NCBI GenBank assembly: GCA_002269645.1
Contig: NIVC01003702.1
Location: 1-56,739 of the forward strand
Length of the DNA: 56,739 bases
Source: Macrostomum lignano
Lineage: Eukaryota
Direction: 5' to 3'
A program made the translations under genes and the position numbers. Shown here in pieces: positions 1-12,138 of this stretch (within the stretch, counting starts at the first letter, position 1; every line of letters starts with the position of its first letter). The notes under the pieces were generated by a model. That model saw only the letters and a program-made list of their open reading frames with translations. It ran no database searches and was not told the origin of the DNA.

Positions 1-1139
1 CCTAGAGACACAGAAGCAGACACAAGCGCAGACCTAGAGACACAGAAGCAGACACAAGCGCAGACTAGAGACACAGAAGCAGACACAAGCGCAGACCTAG
101 AGACACAGAAGCAGACACAAGCGCAGACATAGAAGCAGACACAAGCGCAGACATAGAGACACAGAAGCAGACACAAGCGCAGACATAGAAGCAGACACAA
201 GCGCAGACCTAGAGACACTGAAGCAGACACAAGCGCAGACATAGAAGCAGACAAAAGCGCAGACCAGAAACACAGAAGCAGACACAAGCGCAGACATAGA
301 GACACAGAAGCAGACACAAGCGCGGACATAGAAGCAGACACAAGCGCAGACATAGAAGCAGACACAAGCCAGACCTAGACACAGAAGCAGACACAAGCGC
401 AGACCTAGAGACACAGAAGCAGACACAAACGCAGACATAGAAGCAGACACAAGCGCAGACCAGAGACACAAAAGCAGACACAAGCACAGACCTTGAGACA
501 CAGAAGCAGACACAAGCGCAGACACAGAAGCAGACACAAGCGCAGACACAGAAGCAGACACAAGCGCAGACACAGAAGCAGACACAAGCGCAGACACAGA
601 AGCAGACAAAAGCGCAGACACAGAAGCAGACACAAGCGCAGACATAGAGACACAGAAGCAGACACAAGCGCGGACATAGAAGCAGACACAAGCGCAGACA
701 TAGAAGCAGACACAAGCGCAGACCTAGAGACACAGAAGCAGACACAAGCGCAGACCTAGAGACACAGAAGCAGACACAAACGCAGACATAGAAGCAGACA
801 CAAGCGCAGACCCAGAGACACAAAAGCAGACACAAGCGCAGACCTTGAGACACAGAAGCAGACACAAGCGCAGACACAGAAGCAGACACAAGCGCAGACA
901 CAGAAGCAGACACAAGCGCAGACACAGAAGCAGACACAAGCGCAGACACAGAAACAGACACAAGCGCAGACACAGAAGCAGACACAAGCGCAGACCTAGA
1001 GACACAGAAGCAGACACAAGCGCAGACATAGAAGCAGACACAAGCGCAGACCTAGAGACACAGAAGCAGACAAAAGCGCAGACAAAGAAGCAGACACAAG
1101 CGCAGACCTAGAGACACAGAAGCAGACACAAGCGCAGAC
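1..1139. repeat. Tandem minisatellite, core GACACAGAAGCAGACACAAGCGCA (about 24-33 nt variants); runs off the left edge
   Basis: Directly visible; variants add GACCTAGA or GACATAGA. It explains the low-complexity ORFs at 97-1111. Confidence 0.98.
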
Positions 1140-1387
1140 CAAATACACACACATCAGTCAACACAAAGCCGTGGATGATCAAAAGATTATAAAAAGGTGT
1201 CATACGAACTAGAGCATCGTTACTAAGCTCTTTTTTCCGGCAAAACGCTTCAAAGCTGCCTAATACGCGTACAATTTTTAGATTTACACACCATAGGGCG
1301 CAGATGCGAGTGTTTGAAATGCAAACCCGGCCGGCATAAGGACGGAATATCGTTCACTCGACAGGGGCGAGAAGTGCAATCGGTAGA

Positions 1388-1440
<53 letters not shown>
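1388..1440. repeat. (GA)n microsatellite
   Basis: Visible agagagag run. Confidence 0.95.
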
Positions 1441-1441
<1 letters not shown>

Positions 1442-1750
1442 ACGGGCAGAGGAGAGAAAAAACTAGAGAGAGATAGCGTAAATATATAGGGAGAAAGTCG
1501 AACGGCGAAAGTTAAATTCAGCAGATTCGGCAGCAACCTCTCTAGACAGCTTCAAGAGTAATAAGTTATGCTTGCAGCTGCTACTGTTTAAATTGCTCTG
1601 GGAAAATGTCAGAACTTTTGGACACCCCAAGTAGTTACATAGTTCTAGTTATGAAAAGTTTGAACCAATTTTCTAAAATTTTGTCTCATTTTAAGCTGAA
1701 TACTGATATAAGTACAAAACATCATCACGTGATCATTCCATCAGCTTTTG

Positions 1751-2056
1751 GTGCAACCTGGCACACCTTAAGCGACATTGTCACAAAATCGGCGAGAGAC
1801 ATTACTGCAATTCCGCCGACTCCCCTGAACAGGCACACAAACGCGCGGATACGTACGCAGTCATACTTTATTTATCGTTAGGCATGTACACTTCACTTCT
1901 CTACACTTCACTTTTGGCCCTCAAGGCCGTTAATTGCACGAGCAGAGCCAAGCCGAGATTCCAATTTAACCCCAAAATTAATGTGACTGCACTTGGAATC
2001 GAGCCTGAGCCGCTGGTACATCAGAGCACCACGCTAGACCACTAAGCTACGCCCCC
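1751..2056 (-). mobile_element. tRNA-derived SINE, family A, copy 1
   Basis: Minus strand starts GGGGGCGTAGCTTAGTGG (A box) then GGCTCGATTCC (B-box-like); body closely matches 45371-45709 and partly 10809-10955. Confidence 0.8.
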
Positions 2057-2464
2057 AATTAAGGATTAAAAATTTCTAGGACAACTTTTCCATGCCCTTT
2101 CTGTAAGAAAAGGCCCATACGCCATTGCCTGAAATTATGTGCTGTTTTAACAAAGATTGGTTCAACAAAATCAAAACAGCAACACTACATAGTAAGCATA
2201 TGAAGAAGCCCAGTTGCTCCAAAAGTGATGGTTCTAGCCTTCTTGGCTTAGGGGAAGCAAAATACCGTCCCGAAATGCTCGCGTGCACAAATTGCAATCC
2301 AGAGGACAGGAAAATCTCCTAGAATGAAGGCAGGCAGGGAAGGGAAACAACATGCAAACCAGGAGGGAGCAGGGGATGGTGATGGGGCCAGGGAGAGAGA
2401 GGTTCGACCTGCGAAGCTTGGTAAGAACGGTGAAAAGTTTTCAGACCGACAGGCCATCTAAAAG

Positions 2465-2469
<5 letters not shown>

Positions 2470-2502
<33 letters not shown>

Positions 2503-2506
2503 TATA
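2470..2506. repeat. (TA)n microsatellite
   Basis: Visible. Confidence 0.95.
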
Positions 2507-2864
2507 CTTGTATGTCTACAAATGTCTATCCGGGATAGGAAGGATCGAGAGTCAGAAGCTGGTACGAACCAGCCGGACTGCCTAGCGGAATAAAAAATGG
2601 CGAAAACTGCCCCAAACCGCTCTATCGTCTCTGTCTCTAGGGAAGAAAGTCTTCTTTTATATGAATTCCAAAGCGGTTTCGCAGCTGACATCTGACATAC
2701 ATAGTAACTAAGATCTGCAGAATTGGATAGACATAATTTGACAGACCAAGCTTTCGGCATTCTTGTACTAGAGTATATGTAGAAGATAGACTAGCAATCT
2801 TATCCCTCCGTTGGGTCCATAGAAAGGCATATATAATACTGATTTACCTCAAGCATTACATCAG

Positions 2865-3115
2865 GCTTTCTAGCCTGATAGATCTGCTTCCACCTTACCA
2901 TAACATCTCAGCAACTCTCCCCATTGAGCCATGGCATCTCAGCAACCCCCCCTTTGAGCCATGGCATCTCAGCAACTCCCCCCTTTGAATTTTGGCATCT
3001 CAGCAACTCCTCTTTGAGCCATGGCATCTCAGCAACTCCATCCTTAAGCCATGGCATCTCAGCAACTCCCTCCTTAAGCCATGGCATCTCAGCAACTCTC
3101 CCTCCTTAAGCCATA
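2865..3115. repeat. About 30-nt minisatellite (AGCCATGGCATCTCAGCAACTCC core)
   Basis: About 8 units visible; related to the array at 42540-43035. Confidence 0.92.
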
Positions 3116-3779
3116 GCACGTCAATAAGCTAGAGATTCAAAATAATGGAAAACAGGCCCGAATTTAAATAAGACCCCAAGCTTTTCACCAAAGCAGCAAC
3201 TGTAGCCTTCTAAATTGACGGAATTAAAGACAGGCAAAAATTGAGATTCAAAGACAAAAAAGACAAAGCAAAGCATCAAAGCAAATCCAAAATCTAAGTA
3301 AAACTTAGACACAAGAGGCAGAGCTTACAAATCAAACGGTATTATTCATCAAAGTTAGCTGTATATAGTACATATTAAAGCCAGTGTCTAGAGGCTCCCT
3401 TTAAATGAAAATCTCTTTGAATCCCATCGCAGGAAAAAGCAAGCTGATGCTTTGAATCTGCTTCTGTCTGGATAGTCGTCAAAAAAATCAAGAAATTTTC
3501 CGAGACAAATTTTTCGATAAAAAAATTTCTTAATCATGGACGCTGTCGCTGCTCGTCCAGGAAGCTGGGCCCCTGGTAACTAGCAACAAAATTTAATTAA
3601 CTTCTAGACTGGAGGCTTCCTTCGGACTAGCATTTTTTCATCAATCAACCGACCTTCAACTGTAACAGCAGCAGCCGCCTAAAGGACTTGAGGCCACTCT
3701 TTGTCAGGCCATCGAGTCCTTTGCAATTCCATAACAGCAATCCTGCCTGCTCAAGGCTTATGTCTCAAATAATCTCCAC

Positions 3780-5010
3780 TCCATTCTCTTCTTATCTCAC
3801 CCTTCTCGCATTTCTTCAATTTATACGCTCCTCTCTCCTCTCCTCTGTCATCTCTTCTCTTCTCCTCCATTATCTCATCTCTTTTCCTACGTAATTCCCC
3901 TGTCATCTCTCTTCTCCTCTGTCATCTCTCTCATACATGCGCAACCTCCAAATTTCGGTCGGCCATGCGACTTAGTTTTAACAAAAATGCGACGTAGTTT
4001 TTGGCCAAAAATGCGACTTACATGTAAAAAAACCCAAAAGCAAAATTAACGCAACTTTGGGTAAACGGCAGGAGTAACTATGACTGTCTTATAAAGCCAA
4101 AATGCCTCGTCAGCTACTTAGTACTACTACTCGGTGTTTTTTCGGGTTGGCATTTTTGCGACTTCCTTGGTTGGCCGCCAAATCGGTCGGCCGGATCGGC
4201 CGACTCGGCCGACTGTTGCGCATGTATGATCTCTCTTCTCCTCTGTCATCTCTCTTCTCCTCTGTCATCTCTCTTCTCCTCTGTCATCTCTCTTCTCCTC
4301 TGTCATCTCTCTTCTCCTCTGTCATCTCTCTTCTCCTCTGTCATCTCTCTTCTCCTCTGTCATCTCTCTCCTCCTCTGTCATCTCTCTTCTCCTCTGTCA
4401 TCTCTCTTCTCCTCTGTCATCTCTCTTCTCCTCTGTCATCTCTCTTCTCCTCTGTCATCTCTCTTCTCCTCTGTCATCTCTCTTCTCCTCTGTCATCTCT
4501 CTTCACCTCTGTCATCTCTCTTCTCCTCTGTCATCTCTCTCCTCCTCTGTCATCTCTCTTCTCCTCTGTCATCTCTCTTCTCCTCTGTCATCTCTCTTCT
4601 CATCCGTCATCTCCTCTCTTCTATCATCTCCACTTTTCTCCTCTGTCATCTCTTCTCTTCTCCTCTGTCATCTCTCTCCTCCTCTGTCATCTCTTCTCTC
4701 CTCTGTCATCTCTTCTCTTCTCCCCTGTCATCTCTCTCCTCCGTCATCTCCTCTCTTCTATCACTTCTCTCCTCTTCTGTCATCTCTTCTCTCCTCCTCT
4801 GTCATCTCCCTCTCTTCTCCTCTAGCTATGTCATCTCTTCTTTTCTCCTCTGTCATCTCCTCTCTTCTCTGTTCTCTTCTCTCTTCTAATATCTTCACTT
4901 TTTTCTCCTCTGTCATCTGTTCTCTTTCCCCCCATCATCTCTTCTCTTCTCCTTCGTCATCTTTTTTCTCCTCTGTCCTCTCCACTCTTCTCTCTACTTT
5001 CCGCTCGCCT
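3780..5010. repeat. CT-rich 20-nt satellite CTCTGTCATCTCTCTTCTC(C), degenerate at both ends, interrupted by a MITE
   Basis: Directly visible; source of the S/L-rich ORFs 4102-5133 and 4226-4825. Confidence 0.97.
3932..4228. mobile_element. hAT-type MITE inserted in the satellite
   Basis: 14-bp perfect TIR CATACATGCGCAAC...GTTGCGCATGTATG; 8-bp TSD ATCTCTCT at 3924-3931 and 4229-4236 (8-bp TSDs are typical of hAT). Confidence 0.88.
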
Positions 5011-5420
5011 CTCTTTCTCTTTTTGACCCGCAGTCATGCGCTAGATTCTCAATCTAGCCACCAAAGTAAGAAAAATTACCGACCCCTGCTATACGACATT
5101 ATTTCCAAAATTCGTTTACTTCTGCTAGAATGACTCATACCTCTGCAAAAATATATGCATAAATGTACAGTACAGTAGAAGTTACATAATCTCAACTTAC
5201 CCATAGTTATTCTCAGGCTTGAGTTTTCGAGATTTCAATATAGTTGAAAAATTCTCGTCCATAAATAGTTTGAGCTTCTGACGCCATTCTTTCGGCTGAA
5301 ATAAAAATATAATATTTAAATATATGATTATATGAAACTCGAATCGATCTGAGAGAGTTTATTGAATTTAGGCTGTCTGGCTATAGTTGATAGATGCCAG
5401 ATTTTGATTTGCGTCTAGAT

Positions 5421-5820
5421 CAGGGATCGGCAAACTGCAGCCCGTCAAGCCTCTCTATCCGGCTCTTGGGTCCTTTTAAACTTCACAAATAGCAATCGGG
5501 GCTGCTCAAGGTTTTTGTCTCTTCTCAACTCTCTTCTCTACTCTTTGCCTTCTGCTCTCCTCTCTCCCACTTCTCTTCGGCCTCCCTCATCTCCTCTCTC
5601 CCTCTTCTCTTCTCTCAACTCTTCTCTTCTCCCCCCATTTCCTTTCTCCGTCTTCTTTCCTTTCTCATCGCCCCTCTCATCTAATCTGTCCTCTTAACTT
5701 TGCCTTTATCTCTAATCTCCTCTTTTTCTTCTCTCTCTCATTTGCTCTCTCATCTGACACGCAACCATGAGCTGGATTCTTTATCTGTCCCTTCAGGTAA
5801 AACAAATTTGCCGACACCTG
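5421..5820 (+). mobile_element. hAT/Charlie-like non-autonomous element with an internal CT-rich tract
   Basis: Ends CAGGGATCGGCAAA...TTTGCCGACACCTG; flanks GTCTAGAT and TTCTAGAT match the nTCTAGAn Charlie target. Confidence 0.85.
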
Positions 5821-6029
5821 TTCTAGATACATAGTGACATGGCTTGATTGACAGGTAGGATAAACCTTTGCCCGTGCCTTATCATTGATTGACGGCTAGT
5901 GTGTGGGGTTGGTGGATAGCGATTTTCTAAGATAGCTTTTCTAATATCCCAAAACAGAGTATATCGGGCATATAGGAATAGCATGATGCATGCAGTTTTA
6001 AAGTTTTCGACATATGTTGTGCAACCACA

Positions 6030-9000
6030 TCAGGGAGAAGACGCTAGGAGAGGGGAGAACAGGAAGAGTGGAGTTGTAAATGCGGCACAGACCTTGGCAC
6101 CGACAGCGGCTTCTTTCTTAGCTTTAGCGGCGGCTGCCGCTGCGGCAGCCACAGCCGCAGCTTCCTCGTCATCCGCGACAGCGTCTTCATCGTCGCTGGC
6201 TCCGAGGAACTCGTCGTCAGCTCTGCTATGGCCAGCAGTTGGCAGCCGGCCGGCAGTTCCAGGCACCGGGGCTGGCAGAGTCTCCAAGCGGACAACATGT
6301 AAATAGCCAATAGGCTGAGTCTGTTGATGCTTCATCATCCCTGACTGCTGCTTACGCTGAGCAGACTCAAAGTCTGGCAACAATGGCAGCCTGGCGTCCA
6401 ACAGTCGCATCTGTAGAATATCCGTCAAATTGATGCAAGCAGCGCCCAATGTTTTAAAGCCGAGATTGCGATATTTTCTACGGCGCTGCAGCATCACTAG
6501 CAGCGGATTGTCGCGCTTGATAGCATGGGGATATTGGATCTCTACTAGGATCCGACGCTCCTGAGCTCTGCAGCTGTCAGCATCGTCTGTACCAGCTGAT
6601 GGAGGCTGCGGCGGTGGCGGAATCTGCTGCGAACGAAGGGTTCGTTGAGCTGGCATCTTGATAGCCAGGTAGACTGGGACAGCTGGGGACGATGAGGATG
6701 CGGGAGCTGGCTGGCCACTTGGGTGATAATCAGACAGAGTTTCACTTGGCACAGCTCCAGTTCTAGCGCATGTTGATTGACAGTTCAAGCAGAGCTGGTC
6801 AATCTCCATGTGTAATAGCCTGTGTAGGTTGATTTGAATGCTTCATTTGGAGCTAAACCTACACTTGACTTTATTGCATATTCATGACAATATTTTGATA
6901 CAACATGAATTGTAATATGTTGTAAATGAAAACCAATGCATAAAAAATGTAACCTTTATCATCTTATTTATTAAAGACTATCTGCAAGAGTTGTTAGACT
7001 AAAAGATAATCATATAAATGCACATGCAAATTTTAGATAAAATATAATAGATATTCCCTAGAATAGTATATGATATAGTAATTTTTAATAATTATTTAAG
7101 ATGTTCATAAATTCTCTATCATAGTTTAAAGATAAAATACAAACTTTTTGTTGCATATTCCTTTAACTTAAAATAACTTGAAAACCTTATAGATAAATAA
7201 AGCAAGTATTCCCCATACTCAGGATCATGTCATGTATGCCAGAAATTTCCAGTGCACATTCGAGACAGCTGGCATACACTTGGCGCACAAAGTTTTTGAA
7301 AGGGTCTTCTGGTGTACACCTTGGCATATATACAATTGGTGCACCCTGCATGGCACACACACATGGCACACATGAGGAGGCTACTGAGGCTACACCATGG
7401 CTACTGCAAAAGACAAAATCAAAGAACAAGCGTGAAATTTTGTACAAAGTTTAACAATGATTTTGCAAATATATTATAATGACAATTGACAACCATTGAT
7501 TCATTTAAAATATTCTCTAAATTGTGTTTTTTTCTTCTTTTTCTTCTTTATTTATGAAATTAAAAACATAAATCTTCAAATGTTCAATTTATAATCTTTA
7601 CTTACAATTATACAAAACGTTACAACTTACAATATATCGTGATTTTGTGTATATCGCACATTTTTTACATTAGGATTAGGACTGGCGCACCTAGCACACT
7701 TGTGCATTTTGCCTGGCATACCTGGCGCACACCAAAAATGTTTTTGGGGTGGCTTCCAGCATACACATAGCATGATCCTGACTATGGAATATTCCCAATA
7801 TAAAAATATCTATTTAATCAAAAGGCACTTTTTTATTTAAAATGAAATAAGACTCAAGCTAAAATTGTCAATATAACTTGTTATTAAAATTTAAAGGACA
7901 ATATATGATCAAATTCTTAAATCCCCTTTCCCAATATTTATAAAACACAAATAAATCATCTTATTTAAAGGCCTAAGCAATATACCTAACATCCTAACCA
8001 ATAAAATAAAGTTAAAATTAGTTAAAACTATTTTGGGTTAAAACATTTGTAATATTTTGTATAGCTAAGGACAAATAACTGGCAATTTCCTAGATTTGCA
8101 CATTTGATTATTTTTTGTTTGAAATTGCGCATTTAAATTGGCATGTAGTCTATGGTCCTCATAGTCTATAGTCTATAGAATAAAGGTCTGAGGATAATAA
8201 GAGTGAAAGCAATGGCAAAGGGAAGGGATTATTAGCTGCGAATATCGAAGCTGCGAATATCGAAACTCAAAACATGGCCAGTAGACCTCCAGTGCCTACA
8301 ACAATTGTGCTGCCTACAACTATTGGGTGCAACACTACTACAGCATTTAATACCCCTTAATACCATTTAAGAAACAAACTATTGACATTACAAAAATTTT
8401 TTTTATATTTAACTACTAGTTCTTAATTTGTTCTGTTGCCCATTTGTTTTGGCATTATGTAAATGCGCAATTTCAAATGGAAAATAATTAAATGTGTGAA
8501 TCTAGGAAATTGCCCAAATAACCAATTATATAATACAATAAATAACTTTTTTCATTTTTATTGACCTAGTATATATGAAAATAGCATTTGACAAAATAGT
8601 TACATTAAAAAATAAATCACAATATTTCTTTGCCATTAGGCTATGATGTAGAACAAAAACCAATCTGGCAATGTTGCAGTTTGTTTTGCATAATTATTTT
8701 TACTTTTGAATATGCGCCAACAAGAGTAAACAAGACAAAGTTATGTCGCGAGTCTTATCATACATTTAGTGCAAAGGGAATGTGCCATCCATCAGATTCA
8801 GTAGCTTGGCAGCAGGTACAACCCACAGTCAGGAAGGTGGTAAATTCCACGCAAAATTGCAGTGCACACAAAGGAATTTTCTGGCGCACACGGCACACAG
8901 TGAGAGCAAAAAAATTTTTTTGTGTGCTGTCTGGCACACACGGCGCACAATGAGAGCAGAAAAAATGTGTGCCATCTGGCATATATACACACATGACTCT

Positions 9001-9916
9001 TGGCGCTGTTGCATTTGGCACACAGTCTATACATCTACACAGTAAAATCTTAGTTCACATGTAAAGTGTATTGTTTATATACAAATTATACAATCAATAT
9101 TATGACAATCATTATTTTATTAACGTAAATGAAAAATTCAAAAATACATAAAATTTAAATTTCAAAATATGATTCTTATTTTTACGATTAATACAACTAC
9201 TAGGCCTAATACAAGGCGCATTTCTTTTTTCTTGGTGCACATGCTGTTTTTACTTGGCGCATGGTGCACAATAAAAAAATTTTCTGTTGAGGCGCACATG
9301 GCGTACCTTCCTGACCATAGGGTACAACCTCAGCAGTTGTGGATTATAAATTGTTGTGCAGCTGGATGTCTTGCCATGACTTGCAAAATATTGTATATCT
9401 TAAGCAATTCTAGATTGGGAAATATTGAGCAGTGTAAAAGATTGCTGCCTTCATCCCTCACTAAAACTTGCCTAAAAGTGTCTATGGCCTTTTAGGATAA
9501 TGTGGCATGACAAGTCAGCACAAATTTAAACCCTCCATGACATGTTGGCATGTATTCAAAAGTAAAAATAATTATGCAAAACAAACTGCAACATTGCCAC
9601 CAATTCATTATAAAGAATTATTTGATTTTTGGTATGAACAATGACTCAAATTAGAACTATTTGAATAAAATATAAATTAAAAATCAATATACACTTTGAC
9701 ATACAGATGGGCAATAAGTAGTCCTTGAGTATACAATTGACAGGCACCAGAAAAGCTATAATCCAACCAAAAATTGTGAATGCGAATTATAAAAAATAGT
9801 AACATTTTATGTAAGGCCTACCTTGGAACAACTGATGGTGACGACTTCTCATTGTCCCAAAATGCTGAGATCCTGTCGCAATATGGCTTTTTTGCATTAG
9901 TGCTAGTCGAAGTCAT
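6030..9916 (-). CDS. PACS: PACS (phosphofurin acidic cluster sorting protein)-like: N-terminal cargo-binding/C2-like region plus acidic cluster; exons 9916-9822 and 6819-6030
   Basis: Exon 1 MTSTSTNAKKPYCDRISAFWDNEKSSPSVVPR resembles PACS LFATWEVDRSS..CVPR; phase-2 GT/AG joins it to RLLHMEIDQL...VYLAIKMPAQRTLRSQQI...IQYPHAIKRDNPLLVMLQRRRKYRNLGFKTLG (PACS QYPHFLKR..LQIMLQRRKRYKN..LGYKTLA), followed by acidic DEFLGASDDED. The 3' end is uncertain. Confidence 0.85.
7186..9605. repeat. Cluster of three imperfect inverted-repeat pairs (foldback/MITE-like relics) in the PACS intron
   Basis: Arms about 7186-7240 / 7757-7816, 8065-8145 / 8438-8520 and 8655-8722 / 9541-9605; recurrent TGGCGCACA motif. 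Confidence 0.65.
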
Positions 9917-10808
9917 CGTGGAAAAATTAATGCTTTTGGTTTAAAATTTGCTCTCTAACTGGTTAGTGCCTCATTAAATAATTAATCAGAATATAAATTA
10001 ATAATTTCGACCACTGCCCAGCACAAGGCGAGATATTATCTCAGCAACAAAGCGTGTACTTAAAGAGAAGCAATAATGTGCATGTATATGTATGAGAAAA
10101 TAAATAAATAAATAAAATTTATGTTTAAATGTTCAAAACAATGCCATTAGGCATAAACTGATATAGTGAAAAACGATGCTTTAACGTATCGTCGACTTTC
10201 ATGACCCGAAGTCCTGTCTAAAGTTTCTTAGAAAACTATTATTTAAAAAAACAGAATCACGTGGGTGGTCAGAAATACTAACTAATAAGGATAGTTTTTG
10301 TCAACATGAAAAAATAAAACCTTTAAAAAAATATTTTTCACACAAATGCAATTTTCATTACCTTGTCTGCTGTTATTACCGAAGTATTTGTTATGATAAA
10401 CAAGCCCGTTACGCGCACGTGTTTTAATCGCCCGGAGTTTTATTTTACGGATTTTACGGAGTAAGTTCTAATCCCGGCTCGATCGCTAACGTTCTTCAAA
10501 CCAGGTAAAGCACACCATTATGTACAATATGCACGTGTACTTGTACTTGTGGAATTCAAAAAGTTGTAAGTTTTGGAAGACAATTATAATGCTGCAAGCA
10601 AAAACGATCCAAAAAATTACTCTGATTTTGCTCTGAAAAGAAGATTTTGCCAGCTAATTTTAGTTAAAAGTACGTATAATGGACCGCCTGATATCGGACT
10701 AATATAGCTGCAGCAGTATGACACACACGTATAGGCCAAATATGCATTCCGAAGTCTATGCACCAGCCGCGGGCTCACAGAGGAATATTCTGGCTAAAAA
10801 GTAAGAAG

Positions 10809-10955
10809 TACAGCGGCCTTAATTTTATTTATCGTTAGGCATTTATTGCCCGAGCAGATACAAGCCGAGTTTCCAATTACTCGTAATTTGCACCAAATTT
10901 GAATCGAGCCTGGGCCACTGGTATATCAGAGCGCCACGCTAGATCACTAATCTAC
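10809..10955 (-). mobile_element. SINE family A, truncated diverged copy
   Basis: TTTATTTATCGTTAGGCA and GAATCGAGCCTG...CAGAGC.CCACGCTAGA shared with 1751-2056. Confidence 0.7.
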
Positions 10956-12138
10956 ATGTATAACCAGGGACTAACTCTTTATCTATCAAGGCATCGCTCA
11001 TCAGTATTGCATCTGTTCAGTCCAGACCGCGGATACTACTATTAGTAAGTGCGCAGCGCGTCGTAATTTATTTTTCAAGTAAATTTAAGTAAGTCAGCTG
11101 CTTCAAAGTCCATATAGGTTTAATTCCAGGCTCAATCAAATCGATTTGGGGGCCGCCCACAGAAACGCGCCTTTAACTGATGAATGCTTTTTAAATCTCA
11201 AACTTCATGGCATAGTTTAAGCGCATACTGACGGACAATGAGACACCCATACGACTAACAGAGGATAGACTTAGAAGCTACAGATCGAATAATCGATGTA
11301 ATATATAATCCACTGTGATAAACTAGCTCATTTAGTAGCGATTGGACAAAACAGTTGTTTAAAATTGAACCATCTTTACCACTGTGCAAAGATGCGTGAT
11401 TCGGCATAATCAGTTTGATTATAAAACTGTAGATTAATACGCAGGTAAAGAAAAGCCTGATAAGAGAAAGTTTACCTTTATTGCTTGTAGAGCTTTAAGA
11501 CTCCAAGAAATTCTACTGCTTCGTCAAATACTTGCTTTCTGAAAACCTTCAAACAGGCATTTTTTACATAGATTGTACTCCCCAAGACAATTATCATGAA
11601 CGGAGCATTGGTAAGGGGAATAAATTTGCAATAAAATCGGATAAACGCACGCACTGATGCTTTAGGAGTTGAAATTACCGACAAAATTAGTTTGAATTTT
11701 CAAACTATCGACGAGAAATTTAACTTAAACAGCAAGATAAAAAGCATTGGCTATAGACGAAATAGCATTGAAGTGTATGGTAGTGAGAAAATTTTGCATA
11801 GCTTAAAATTACGAGTAAATAAACATTATTCATATTGAATCATCAAGTTACAAACAGGTTGTAGCTCGTAACTCATCGACGAGCGTTCTATGTTGGTAAC
11901 TATAAGCTAAGCGAGATATTGGAGCATGCAGCGATAAAATTCATTTAATAAGCTGAACATTTGGAATAAGAGAAAACTACAATGTATTTACTGGTACGAA
12001 CTGGAATGCTTTAGGTCAGTCTGTCTTCGAATCTATACTTGTATAGGATCATTGTCGGTGCCCTGTTTGGTGAACTGAAGGACCAAATTAGCCTCTTCGT
12101 CGGTTGATGAAGCACCGGAATGACAAATTAATCCGATA

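Larger units (their letters stand above)
3690..5088 (+). mobile_element. hAT/Charlie-like non-autonomous element (left end not identified) containing an expanded CT-rich satellite
   Basis: 3690-3765 aligns with 5445-5520 and 5020-5088 aligns with 5750-5820 of the intact copy; ends CCGACCCCTG. Confidence 0.7.

Noticed and set aside
1985-2056. tRNA-like sequences here and at about 30000, 45650 and 52300
   Set aside because: A/B boxes without a convincing cloverleaf, attached to repeated bodies: these are SINE heads, not tRNA genes
2076-3700. Short ORFs and GC-richer patches (2125-2322, 2458-2760, about 3400-3700) as downstream PACS exons or TE remnants
   Set aside because: No recognisable motif and no consistent splice phases found
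97-5697. Long ORFs (SASVSALV, LLLCL, SSPLSSL)
   Set aside because: Translations of tandem repeats on both strands; no coding signal
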